The notes beneath the pieces were generated by a model. The model saw only the letters and a program-made list of their open reading frames with translations. It made no database searches and was not told the DNA's origin. From positions 248,001 through 312,000 of the forward strand of contig OY759598.1 in assembly GCA_963662435.1 (NCBI GenBank): DNA of 64,000 nucleotides. Direction: 5' to 3'. Origin of the DNA: Dehalococcoidia bacterium. Lineage in GTDB: Bacteria; Chloroflexota; Dehalococcoidia; Lucifugimonadales; VXLM01. Position 1 is the first letter of the stretch; each line of letters starts with the position of its first letter. Made by a program: the position numbers and the translations under genes. Shown here piece after piece: positions 8,779 through 17,965 of the stretch.

Positions 8779-8955
8779 CTAGCGTGTCAAGGCATCGTTT
8801 TGACGATCTTCGAGGAAGAGAGTAATTGCCTCACGAAGGTCAGGCCGGGCCTCTTCCTCTGTTCGTCCCTGGCCGTTGGCGCCAGGAATTTCGGGGCAGT
8901 ATGCTATGTACCAGTCGTCGTCTTTCTCGATTGTGGCAGTAAACTCATTCAGCAA
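8779..8955 (-). CDS. hicB: HicB-family antitoxin (short, orphan; below the ORF-track cutoff)
   Basis: Manual translation from TTG 8955 gives MLNEFTATIEKDDDWYIAYCPEIPGANGQGRTEEEARPDLREAITLFLEDRQNDALTR*. Confidence 0.8.
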   Translation of the reverse strand: MLNEFTATIEKDDDWYIAYCPEIPGANGQGRTEEEARPDLREAITLFLEDRQNDALTR

Positions 8956-9007
8956 TTTCGCTCACGACACTCTATTCCAAACATTCAGCCGCAAGGGAAA
9001 TAGCACC

Positions 9008-10147
9008 TCACGCGGTCCGGGCAACGTTGAAGGACTCGTCGACGAACCACAGGCCCTGGTACTTTTGCAGGACCTCGGATGTGACGTCGATGTAGTCGCC
9101 CTGGCTCATGGCGGGTCTGAGTCGTTCGTCCTCTATCTGGGCGACGTAGGTTGCGGCGTTCCAGCCTGCGAGGAGCGTCGAGGTGCTGATGGAGGTCTCC
9201 AGCTCGGAGGGCGGGAGCCGCAGGTCATAGCGGAACTGCGCCCGCGAGTCGGGATAGCTGAGAAACCGGAGTTCGGGGTGGTCGTCGCTTAGCTGTTCAT
9301 TCAGCTCTCTGAGAAGCTCCTGGCGAGGCGTAACAAATGGGTCCTCGTCGGGCCAGATGCCGCGGATTATTTCCATCCCCGGGTCTTTGCCTGTGGACTG
9401 GATGACGACCATGCAACCGCCGGGAGCCAGGGAGCGCGACAGGGGAGCAAGCACGTTGCGAACTTTGACCCTCGCAGTGGATCTCGCCCTGAAGGGCTGA
9501 GCCGCGACTATCAAGTCGTATTCCAGGTTGGAGTCTCCCTCTTGAGGGATTACAGGCGCGAGCGGCCATTCGTGGTCCTTGCGGTAGATGACCATCACCG
9601 AGGGAGTGTCGTAGAGGGGATTGCCAGTGCGCTCGCTGGGAGTCGTCTTCCACCAGTCTTGGACAATCCGCCCCAGGCCGCTGATCTGCTCGTCGAACTC
9701 GTAGGACGTGCTACCTTCAAGGGGGACCTCCAGCCAGTTGAGACGCGCCTGTTTCCCCTTCGATCCGGGGCGCAGCCAGGGCGCTTCCGAGTAGAGCATA
9801 TTGGTCACTACCAGGACTGTGAGCGGATGCTCGGAGAACCTGTCAGCCATCTTTTCCAGGCTGATGCGGATGTCCTCCTGGCTGATCTCCTTGCCAACGA
9901 TGAGAAAGGGGACGGTGGGATATTGGCGGTGGAGGTCTCTCATGAGTCGAGTCAGCACGGTCGCATCACCCATGCCGGCGTCAAAGACGCGAAGGGCCGG
10001 AGGCGTGGGACGGAGGCCCCTGATGTCCAAGGCGACGCGGTCGGCGATGACCTGCTTCTCGCTGCAGGTGCTCACGAATAGCAGGTACTTCTCGCGGTTG
10101 TCGTAGAACCGGAATTGTTGTTCGGGGCTATCGGGCGTTTTGACCAT
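9008..10147 (-). CDS. Conserved hypothetical protein with a SAM-methyltransferase-like motif
   Basis: Long ORF with QFRFYDNREKYLLFV start region and VFDAGMGDAT motif. The upstream extension in the ORF track runs through repeat DNA, so the start is placed at ATG 10147. Confidence 0.7.
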   Translation of the reverse strand: MVKTPDSPEQQFRFYDNREKYLLFVSTCSEKQVIADRVALDIRGLRPTPPALRVFDAGMGDATVLTRLMRDLHRQYPTVPFLIVGKEISQEDIRISLEKMADRFSEHPLTVLVVTNMLYSEAPWLRPGSKGKQARLNWLEVPLEGSTSYEFDEQISGLGRIVQDWWKTTPSERTGNPLYDTPSVMVIYRKDHEWPLAPVIPQEGDSNLEYDLIVAAQPFRARSTARVKVRNVLAPLSRSLAPGGCMVVIQSTGKDPGMEIIRGIWPDEDPFVTPRQELLRELNEQLSDDHPELRFLSYPDSRAQFRYDLRLPPSELETSISTSTLLAGWNAATYVAQIEDERLRPAMSQGDYIDVTSEVLQKYQGLWFVDESFNVARTA

Positions 10148-10230
10148 GCTGTGGCGCTGCGCTCGCGCGGGAGTCTTGGGGGAACCCTTATGGATAGGAT
10201 GCATCAAACGGTGGGTCGGTGTCGATAGGA

Positions 10231-10255
10231 GGGACGATTCGCGAATCGCCCCTAC
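10231..10255 (-). repeat. GTAG-type REP-like palindrome
   Basis: Minus strand reads GTAG-GGGCGATTCGCGAATCGTCCC. Confidence 0.7.
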
Positions 10256-10335
10256 GGTGTTAATGTCTGTTGGTGTCGGTGGCATCCTGCAGGAGAGATT
10301 GCTACAAAAGGAGACCCTGTATCGGACAATCCGAC

Positions 10336-10561
10336 CTCCGCGTAGCGGAGAGAGGAATCTAGAATTCTCGTCTTCAGGGCAAAGTCCGTGGCCGGTTAGG
10401 TCATAGTGACAAAGGCAGACATCTTAGATTCCTCGCTCCGCTCGGAATGACAGTGTTTCGCGCCGGTTGGCCTCAGAGGTAGTCGCAAAGGAGCAGGGAG
10501 GCACCAAGCAGAATTGGGCCTTTCACCCTCACCCTAGCCCTCTCCCAAGACGGGAGAGGGG
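10336..10561. repeat. Intergenic palindromic repeats (GAGGAATCT..AGATTCCTC..GGAATGAC type and CCCTCACCCTAGCCCTCTCCC..GGGAGAGGG type)
   Basis: The same motifs recur at 14608-14641, 27541-27613, 32165-32258, 63351-63423 and 63840-63877. Confidence 0.8.
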
Positions 10562-10638
10562 AATTCGCGAGAAGCTTAGTTAGGTGGACTTACGAGAAGG
10601 GACACTAGCCGGATATGGACTAGGCCTTGCCATTCCCT

Positions 10639-11907
10639 TCACACGATGTATGGGATGGTCTGCGGGCCTTCCGGGAGGACGCAGACTCGCGCGCCGTTTC
10701 CGTTTTGTCGAAGGGCGTCGGCTACCGTGTCCTCGATGCTGTCGATGGGTGTCAGGTGCGCCTGCCTGACCTGTTCGGGCGAAAGGTGACCAGACTTCAG
10801 GCATACGCTCGCGCGCATCTGTATCTGCGCCTGCAGTTGGACCTGCCATTGGTCGTGGACGTTGTGGCCGTCGGTGAGGATCATATCCAGGAGGTCTTCG
10901 GGCGAGTCGCGCATCGTGAGCAGCTTCTTGTACTGGCCGTGATCGGGTATGCCGTCGCTGCATTCGGCTGCGCAGACGATGGTCCCGCCCTCCTTGACGA
11001 TCTGAGCGGCAGCAGACATACCCTTGACGGCCTGGTAGAGGTTCAGGTCGAGGGGATACCCGCTGTTGGTCGTCACGACCACGTCGAAGGGCATGTCGAC
11101 TCCCTGCATGGCAGTGCTCTTGGCGGATCGGCACGCGGCCTCGTGGGCCTTGAACAGGTCGCCTGCGTAGACGCTGGTGATCTTCCGGTTGCGGTTGATC
11201 GTCACGTCGACGCTGAAGTCCACGCCGGTCATTGCGGCAATGTCTCGCACATCGTCGTGGACGGGATTGCCGTGGATGACGCCCCACTTCGCCATCGGGT
11301 GCGCGATGCGCTCAGCGTTGTGAAGCTGCATGATGGTGTCGAATCCGGCGAGCCCGGGAGCGACCATCTTTGGACCGCCACTGAACCCGGCAAAGAAGTG
11401 CGGCTCGACGAATCCTGTCGTTATTCGCACGTCCGCCTCCAGCCACGCCTTGTCCAGCCAAACAGGAATGCCGCTTGACGAGTCGCCGACGAATTCAAGG
11501 GTCTCGGTGTCGAACGCGCTGTGGTTGACGACGGGGAAACCGGCGGCGATGTCGGGGCCGAGCATCTCGTCGATCTCTTCAGGAGTGTTTGGGCGGTGTG
11601 TCCCAGTCGCGATGAGAATGGTGATTTGATCGTTAGGAACGTGTGCCAGTTCTCGCAACAGGACAGGCAGCAGTGTCCTCGACGGCATGGGGCGGGTAAC
11701 GTCGCACACGGAGATGGCGACCGTCTGACCGGGCTTGACGAGTCGCCGGAGAGTAGGCCCTCCGCCAAGAGGATTGCGGAGTGCGTTGCGAATGGCACCT
11801 TCCTGGTCGGGGAGCCCGGGTACGTAGGTCGGCTCGATGACCGTTGTCAGGTCGTCGGGTAGCTCGACTTCGAGGCCCGTGCGTCCGTACGCGAGGTTGA
11901 CCAGCAT
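10639..11907 (-). CDS. larA: Nickel-dependent lactate racemase (LarA) family protein
   Basis: LAYG start, DVTRP, ATGTHR, EPHFFAGFSGGPK, GYPLDLNLYQAVKG. Confidence 0.9.
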   Translation of the reverse strand: MLVNLAYGRTGLEVELPDDLTTVIEPTYVPGLPDQEGAIRNALRNPLGGGPTLRRLVKPGQTVAISVCDVTRPMPSRTLLPVLLRELAHVPNDQITILIATGTHRPNTPEEIDEMLGPDIAAGFPVVNHSAFDTETLEFVGDSSSGIPVWLDKAWLEADVRITTGFVEPHFFAGFSGGPKMVAPGLAGFDTIMQLHNAERIAHPMAKWGVIHGNPVHDDVRDIAAMTGVDFSVDVTINRNRKITSVYAGDLFKAHEAACRSAKSTAMQGVDMPFDVVVTTNSGYPLDLNLYQAVKGMSAAAQIVKEGGTIVCAAECSDGIPDHGQYKKLLTMRDSPEDLLDMILTDGHNVHDQWQVQLQAQIQMRASVCLKSGHLSPEQVRQAHLTPIDSIEDTVADALRQNGNGARVCVLPEGPQTIPYIV

Positions 11908-11909
11908 GG

Positions 11910-12986
11910 CTACGCCTTGAGCAGCTCTTGGCAGAATTCCACACACTGTACGAGTTCGGGTATGACGACGTACTCGCGGAGGGTGTGCATGTTGTAGTCG
12001 GCCATGCCACAGACGATGGCGGGGATGCCGTTCGCCCAGAATACGTTGGCGTCGCTCCCGCCGCCCGAAAGCTGGAAGTCCGGCTCCAGGCCGATGGCGC
12101 GAAGGGCGGTTGTCACACGCTTGGTCGTCTTGTGCTCTTCCTCGATGCGGAACGTCTTGAACTTGGGGTAGATGTCGCTTTCGATGGAGGCTTCGGGGAA
12201 CTCCGCGCTCATGTCGGTCAGGACGTTCTGGATTTCGAGCAGCAGGTTATCCAGCGTCTCCATGTTCAGAGTGCGGAACTCGCCGGTGAGCGTGGCGGAT
12301 TCGGGCACGGTATTGCGAGTCGAGCCGCCCTCGATGGTGCCGATGCTGAACGTGGTCTCCTCGTCGAGCCGTCCCTGCGGAAGGCGGGTGATGATCTCCG
12401 AGGCGACGCGAATGGCGGAGATGCCGTTCTCCGGCTCGATTCCCGCGTGTGCAGCCCGTCCGGTGATGGTGAAGTCGTAGGCGATGTACGTTGGGCTCGC
12501 AAGGGTGATCCGGTTCACGGGACCTTCGCGGTCGAACACGATTGATTCCCGCGAACGCACCTTGGAGAAATCGAGCTTGTGAGCGCCGATGAGACCAGGC
12601 TCTTCCTCCCTGGTAAGGACGACTTCGACCGGGATGGACGACGTGTTGTCCTCCCGCATCGAGGTGAGGGTCTCAAGAATGATCGCCAGGCCGGCGTTGT
12701 CGTCGCCGCCGCCGATGGTGGTGCCGTCCGAGGTGATGCGGTCACCGTCCACAATGGGATTGATCCCGTTTCCGGGGGAGACCGTGTCAAGATGGCCCGA
12801 GAGCATGAATGGGTCGTCTCCCTCCTCGTGGGCGATGACGTTGCCGTAGTCGTCCGTCTCGACCTCGAAGCCAAGGGCGGTCAGACGGCTCGTCATTTCT
12901 TCAGCCTTGGCCGTCTCATTGCCCGACTCGCTGTCGATCTGCACGAGGTCGCAGTACGTCATCACCAGGCGGTCTCGGTCGATCAT
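11910..12986 (-). CDS. M20 family metallopeptidase (peptidase T-like)
   Basis: GHLDTV, GGDD, EEPG, GRAAHAG, GGGSDAN, MHT. RBS precedes ATG 12986. Confidence 0.9.
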   Translation of the reverse strand: MIDRDRLVMTYCDLVQIDSESGNETAKAEEMTSRLTALGFEVETDDYGNVIAHEEGDDPFMLSGHLDTVSPGNGINPIVDGDRITSDGTTIGGGDDNAGLAIILETLTSMREDNTSSIPVEVVLTREEEPGLIGAHKLDFSKVRSRESIVFDREGPVNRITLASPTYIAYDFTITGRAAHAGIEPENGISAIRVASEIITRLPQGRLDEETTFSIGTIEGGSTRNTVPESATLTGEFRTLNMETLDNLLLEIQNVLTDMSAEFPEASIESDIYPKFKTFRIEEEHKTTKRVTTALRAIGLEPDFQLSGGGSDANVFWANGIPAIVCGMADYNMHTLREYVVIPELVQCVEFCQELLKA

Positions 12987-13054
12987 ATTTCCCCCTTCGC
13001 GGAACGGTTTCATTCTACCGACAGTATAGCAAGACAGGGGGAAGCGCCGCCCAT

Positions 13055-14557
13055 TCAGCGCAGTTCGATGTGCTCGGAATCAGGGGGGACCGGAAGGGCG
13101 TCTTCGTGCACCGGCTGCACCGTCGCGCCCCACTCCTTGATGATATCCATTTCGCGGAGCATTGCCGTGCTCTGCTCGTAGACCTCATCGGGGTCCCAGT
13201 CTTCGAGCAACCGAGCAAGCAGCCGGTCCGACACTTCCTCGTAGGCCGGATCGGACCCCAGATCGTGGAGTTCTCCGGGGTCGTCGTCGAGGTTGTAGAG
13301 CACCGGCGCGTCGTGTCCCCGGTAGTAGTAGAGCTTCCATGGTCCCTGTCTGACCATGCGTGAAGGCGGGTCGGTACCGAGTCCGGGTACGCCCGTCATT
13401 CCGTGCAGCTCGCTGAAAGTCTCATTGGCGCGAGTTTGGTCCTTCGTGCCCTGCATCTCCGTCCACAGGGAGCGACCCGCGATTTCGGGCAGATCGCCTG
13501 CTCCTGTCGCCTCCGTGAAGGTGGGAGCGAGATCGAGGGTGTTGCAGATGACCGAGTTCCTCGCCTCTTCGGGTATGATGCCCGGCAGTCGCGCGATGAG
13601 TGGGACGCCGACCGACTCCTCGTAGTAGCTGCTCTTCCACCACATTCCATGTTCGCCCGCCGCCTCTCCGTGGTCGGTCGTGTAGACGACGAGGGTGTCC
13701 TGAGTCAGACCGGTCTCGTCGAGCTTGTCCAGAATCTTGCCAACCGAGGCATCGAAGAGTTCGCACATGCCGTAGTAGGCAGCACGCGCCACTCGGATCT
13801 GGTGCTCGGTGAGCGGCTCATGGATGTGTCGGAGCTTCTTCATGTTCTTGACGGCCTGCGGCTGCCTTTCCAGTTCGGTCGCCGTCGGCATGGGGACGTC
13901 GACCTTGTCGTAGTAGTAGTCGAATAGCTCTTCCGGCGCGAAGAAAGGGCAATGCGGCATCATGAAGCCCGCTACCGCGGCAAAGGGGCGCCCTCCATCG
14001 GTTGACTTCTCGTCGAGGTAGTCGACGAGGGAGTCTGTCACCATGTCGTCGAAGGCGTTGTAGGACGTGAGTCCCACGCCGGCCATCTCAACGCTCACCC
14101 GGTGCTGCGAGGTCGTGTCCTTCGGAATGTCCTTGAACATAGGCTCGCCCAGCATCGAGGCGCCGGGATGCGTGGCCATGTACTCGCCGAGTGGACGGTG
14201 CTCGAATCCATGCCGCTGGTCGGGACCAACGAAGTGCATCCGGCCGATCAGGGCCGTCTCGTACCCCGCTATGCCGAGGGAGTGCGCCCACGTGGGGATG
14301 CCGGAGTGGAGCACGTTCTGGTTCGTCCAGACACGATTGCCGGTCGGGGTGCGTCCGGTCATGAACGACATGCGGCTGGGAACGCATACGGGTGCAGGGC
14401 AGTAGGCGTTCTCGAAGAGCATCCCTTCCGAAGCCAGCCGGTCGAGGTTGGGAGTTCGCACGAGCGAGTCGCCGTAGCAGCCGAGCTGCCGCTTGCTGTG
14501 CTGGTCGGACATCAGCACGAGGATGTTGGGGCGGGACTTGTCTCTTGGGTTGCTCAT
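13055..14557 (-). CDS. Formylglycine-dependent sulfatase (choline-sulfatase-like)
   Basis: RPNILVLMSDQH, CVPSR (CxPxR), GRMHF, TDHGE. Confidence 0.92.
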   Translation of the reverse strand: MSNPRDKSRPNILVLMSDQHSKRQLGCYGDSLVRTPNLDRLASEGMLFENAYCPAPVCVPSRMSFMTGRTPTGNRVWTNQNVLHSGIPTWAHSLGIAGYETALIGRMHFVGPDQRHGFEHRPLGEYMATHPGASMLGEPMFKDIPKDTTSQHRVSVEMAGVGLTSYNAFDDMVTDSLVDYLDEKSTDGGRPFAAVAGFMMPHCPFFAPEELFDYYYDKVDVPMPTATELERQPQAVKNMKKLRHIHEPLTEHQIRVARAAYYGMCELFDASVGKILDKLDETGLTQDTLVVYTTDHGEAAGEHGMWWKSSYYEESVGVPLIARLPGIIPEEARNSVICNTLDLAPTFTEATGAGDLPEIAGRSLWTEMQGTKDQTRANETFSELHGMTGVPGLGTDPPSRMVRQGPWKLYYYRGHDAPVLYNLDDDPGELHDLGSDPAYEEVSDRLLARLLEDWDPDEVYEQSTAMLREMDIIKEWGATVQPVHEDALPVPPDSEHIELR

Positions 14558-14607
14558 GTTGCTGGAAACGGCTCTATTTGATCTGTGCTGATAATTTGAG
14601 GAGAACA

Positions 14608-14641
14608 CTCACCCTAGCCCTCTCCCACGACGGGAGATGGG
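14608..14641. repeat. CTCACCCTAGCCCTCTCCC..GGGAGA palindromic repeat
   Basis: Near-identical to 10526-10561 and 63840-63877. Confidence 0.75.
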
Positions 14642-14713
14642 ACCATTGTCACTTGTCTTGGCGATCAATTCGAAAGGAAGTAGTCGTGGCTCCGAATCGT
14701 GGACGCGCGACCA

Positions 14714-15817
14714 TTAAGGCAGGATCGCCTTCGACCGGACTGTCCTGTCCGCCAGCCTGTCGGAGTCGGGTTGGGGCAGGCCGTCCGTGAACGGCTGGAA
14801 GGTCAGGCGCTCGGTAAGCTCCATCGAAGGACTCGACAGGTCTTGCGTGTAGAAGCGCGAGGATGGGAACAGGTCGCCCGGATAGGTGAAGTTCGGCAGC
14901 GTGGCCACCTCGACGCAGAGGGCGCCTCCGAGGGCACTTTCCAGCATTCCCCCGATCCAGACGGGTACGCCCGTGTCCCGGCAGAGGTCGTGGACGGCGA
15001 GGGCGTTGCTCAAGCCGCCGATCCTTCCCGGCTTGATGTTGATGTACTGCGCCGCGCCGACCTGAACGGCCTGCTCAGCAGCCTTGACGCTAACGATGGT
15101 CTCGTCGAGGCAGACCGGCGTCTGGATCTGTTTGGCAAGTTCGGCATGGTCGAGCACGTCGGCGTAGTGGAGCGGCTGCTCGATGAACGCGAGTCCCATG
15201 TCGTCGATGGCCTTGAAGAATGGCAGGTCGTCCAGGGTGTAGCCGGAGTTGCAGTCGATGTGGAACGTCATTTTCGGGAACGTTGACGTGACGGCCTTGA
15301 GCATGTCCAGGTCCCAGCCTGGGGCGGTCTTGAGCTTGATGCGCGGGAATCCGGTATCTACAGCCTTCTGGATGTTGCCCAGGAGCATGTCGATGGAGTC
15401 CTGGATGCCGAAGTCCGCGCCTGCCTCGACCTCCCGCGTCTCGCCGCCGAGCAGCCGGTGCACCGGAGTCCCGGTGATGGTGCTTTCGAGCGTCCACCAG
15501 AGAATCTCGATTGCCGCCTTCGCGAACGAGTTGCCCTTGAAGACGGCGAGGCGGTCGTTCAGGTCCTGCGCAGTCTCGTATTCCCGGCCGACGACGAATG
15601 GCCCGAACACCTCCGTGACGTGGTAGAAGACGGAACCTGCACTCTCAGGAAGGTAGGTGGGGGCGAAGAACGGCGTCGACTCCGACCATGCGGTGTGGTC
15701 GCCGCTCGTGGCCTTTACGAGGACGCTGTGGATCTCGTAGTCCTCGCCGTATGCCGTCCGCCACGGGTATATGAGCGGCATCTCCACATAGTAAACGTCG
15801 AGTCGGTCGATCTTCAT
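14714..15817 (-). CDS. menC: o-succinylbenzoate synthase / N-succinylamino acid racemase (enolase superfamily)
   Basis: RIKLK, DCN, EQP, DE, NIKPGRIGG, GGMLES, PGDLFPS. RBS AGGAGAGG precedes ATG 15817. Confidence 0.88.
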   Translation of the reverse strand: MKIDRLDVYYVEMPLIYPWRTAYGEDYEIHSVLVKATSGDHTAWSESTPFFAPTYLPESAGSVFYHVTEVFGPFVVGREYETAQDLNDRLAVFKGNSFAKAAIEILWWTLESTITGTPVHRLLGGETREVEAGADFGIQDSIDMLLGNIQKAVDTGFPRIKLKTAPGWDLDMLKAVTSTFPKMTFHIDCNSGYTLDDLPFFKAIDDMGLAFIEQPLHYADVLDHAELAKQIQTPVCLDETIVSVKAAEQAVQVGAAQYINIKPGRIGGLSNALAVHDLCRDTGVPVWIGGMLESALGGALCVEVATLPNFTYPGDLFPSSRFYTQDLSSPSMELTERLTFQPFTDGLPQPDSDRLADRTVRSKAILP

Positions 15818-15884
15818 GGTGTGTCCTCTCCTTCGGGCGGTCGGAAGCGACGCCTGTCGGGGCAATTATACCCGCACTCTCAGA

Positions 15885-17642
15885 CTAGGGGTTGCTCCAT
15901 TCCCGCACCTTTGGCAGCGGACTATCGAAGACGCGCGCTAGGTCCTCCCGGACGGCGATAAACTCGTGCGCCAGTACCTCGATGCCCTGCAGGGTCTTGC
16001 TCGTCTGAATCTTGCCGGTCTGCCGGTACACCACCACGTACCCGTTGCGCGTCACGATGTCCTCGATGGACAGTTCCGGCAGGTCGAGGTCGAAGATGAT
16101 GTGAGGGCGCTCGACGCCGCACCGTCTCTCGATGTCCTCTGCGAAGGCGAGGTACCTCGGCAAAGCTCGGAGAAGACCTGTGCTGTCGCGTTCGAGTTCG
16201 CCGGTGATCTCGCAGTCGGTGAAGTGCGGCGTCGTGACTCCCCGCCGGTCGATGAACGCGACTCGCCCATAGTGCGGGCCGAGAGCGTGGTAGGGAACGA
16301 ATCCGGCCTGCCCGCTCATGACGGCCAGCTTACCGTCGACCTCGTGCTGCAGCCGCTCGATGACCGCTTCGAGTTCCTCGACGACAGGCATGTCCCGCAG
16401 GTGCGTCCGGTTTGGACGAGCAAACCATGAATATCGCTCGATGGGCAGGTCGGTCTGCTCCACGCGCGAGACGTCCCACATGGGCGTGCTGACGGAGCCG
16501 AATTTGGCGAACCAGACGGTGCCGACGATGTGGAACGCGACGATGCCGCCGATTGCGTATACCTGAAGGTCACGCAGTTTGATGTGGGGAATGACGACCA
16601 CACCGAGAACCGCGAGTGCGGGAATCACCGGCACGATGAAGCGCGAGCCCTCCATCCAGTCGCCTCCGACAAGGAAGATGAAGGCGATATACGCAAATGC
16701 GTAGAGAGTCAGGAGCAGCCCGCCGATGAAATTCGGCTCGTCCCTCACGAACCTGCGGGCAAGATATACCACCCCGGCGGCGGCGAAGAACGGTAGAAGG
16801 GACAGGGGAGGGGGCAGGAGTGCGTTGATAAGGTACTCGGTGCCTTCGCCGAAGGAGGAGATCAGTGCGTCCCCTCCCAGCTTTGCCGCAACCGGCTGGG
16901 GCAGCCAGTTGCCGAAGTAGGCCATTTTGAAGACGTAAATCGCAGTCATAAGGACTGCAGATGCGAGCGCGGCCCACAGCAGCTTGCGGATAGCCAGCGC
17001 GTAGCTCTCGAGGCGTTCCTCTGCCACCGTGTTCGCGCGCAGTCGAAGGACGACGAACGATCCGACGAGCACCGAGCCTATGACGAAGATAGCCTCGGGG
17101 CGGGCAAGGAGGAATGCAACCATTGCGACCCACACCATCGCCGGCGGCTTCCCCGCCCCGGGTCGTTCGAGGTAGCAAGCGATGTGGTACAGCAGTGCAA
17201 TCGCAGCCAGGGCTGTCATCGTGCCTTCGAGGCCCCCCGTCGTCCAGTAGACGAACGGGGCCGCGGTCGCCACAATCATCGCCGCGCTCATGGCATACCA
17301 TCGCCCGACATACAGCCTCGCGAACTCGAACGTGTAGATGATCGTTACGACGCCGAACAGGACCGACATAGGCGGCCCAATCGCCGGAACGGGGAGTCTC
17401 GTCACGAATGACAGCACGCCCAGTACCAGCACATGAAGCAGGCTTGTAGACTGTTCGATGTGCGCGCCGTTGATATTGGCGATCTCGCCGAACTCACGCA
17501 GGGTGTTGGCCGCCCAGTAAGTGATGTACGCGTCGTCCCGCCCCGCAGAGGGGAACAACGAAACGGAGAGGCCGATGAGCCCTGCTATGGGAAGCAGGAC
17601 TGGCCAGGACGAGGCTATGTAGCTGCGGATGACGGCAGTCAA
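15885..17642 (-). CDS. Multi-pass membrane protein, probable GT-C glycosyltransferase
   Basis: DDAYI loop after the first TM, GLE, ARPE, GGDWM..SRF motifs, many hydrophobic helices. Confidence 0.72.
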   Translation of the reverse strand: MTAVIRSYIASSWPVLLPIAGLIGLSVSLFPSAGRDDAYITYWAANTLREFGEIANINGAHIEQSTSLLHVLVLGVLSFVTRLPVPAIGPPMSVLFGVVTIIYTFEFARLYVGRWYAMSAAMIVATAAPFVYWTTGGLEGTMTALAAIALLYHIACYLERPGAGKPPAMVWVAMVAFLLARPEAIFVIGSVLVGSFVVLRLRANTVAEERLESYALAIRKLLWAALASAVLMTAIYVFKMAYFGNWLPQPVAAKLGGDALISSFGEGTEYLINALLPPPLSLLPFFAAAGVVYLARRFVRDEPNFIGGLLLTLYAFAYIAFIFLVGGDWMEGSRFIVPVIPALAVLGVVVIPHIKLRDLQVYAIGGIVAFHIVGTVWFAKFGSVSTPMWDVSRVEQTDLPIERYSWFARPNRTHLRDMPVVEELEAVIERLQHEVDGKLAVMSGQAGFVPYHALGPHYGRVAFIDRRGVTTPHFTDCEITGELERDSTGLLRALPRYLAFAEDIERRCGVERPHIIFDLDLPELSIEDIVTRNGYVVVYRQTGKIQTSKTLQGIEVLAHEFIAVREDLARVFDSPLPKVREWSNP

Positions 17643-17881
17643 CGATGATCCCGTGCAAAGAGAATGATGGGCATCATCTTATGGTGTGGCAGGGGTTAGG
17701 ACAAGCGAGATTAGTATGGAGCTCTAGGCTCAGGATGGTTGTGACGTACCTTAGTGAAACAAATCACGTGCATTGCTAGCACGTTGCCCAAAGGTGCAAG
17801 CCTGATGTGGAAAATGAGTTGCTTTGGCAGACCCGTACATTCGACCGTCAATACCCTAGCGGGAGACGGCGAATCCACATC

Positions 17882-17937
17882 GGTTAATGTTTTTCAGCTC
17901 ATATGAGTTGCAAAAAATTAACCACCTTGTGTATAAT
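17882..17937 (+). promoter_or_regulatory. Sigma70-type promoter overlapped by a 42-bp imperfect palindrome (putative operator)
   Basis: TTGCAA 17908-17913, 18-bp spacer, TATAAT 17932-17937. Arms 17882-17902 and 17903-17923 match at 18 of 21 positions as inverted repeats. Confidence 0.75.
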
Positions 17938-17965
17938 GGCGCCATCACGACGGAAGAGAGACATC

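Noticed and set aside
8746..9292. Plus-strand ORFs 8746-9003 and 8876-9292
   Set aside because: Antisense shadows of hicB and the 9008-10147 gene.
8751..10279. ACCGACACCA inverted pair flanking hicB and the hypothetical gene as transposon ends
   Set aside because: Only about 10 bp match, with no target duplication and no transposase.
17760..17881. Short inverted repeats (ACGTGC..GCACGT; GATGTGGA..TCCACATC) as an ncRNA
   Set aside because: Too short to distinguish from chance, and no known motif is recognised.
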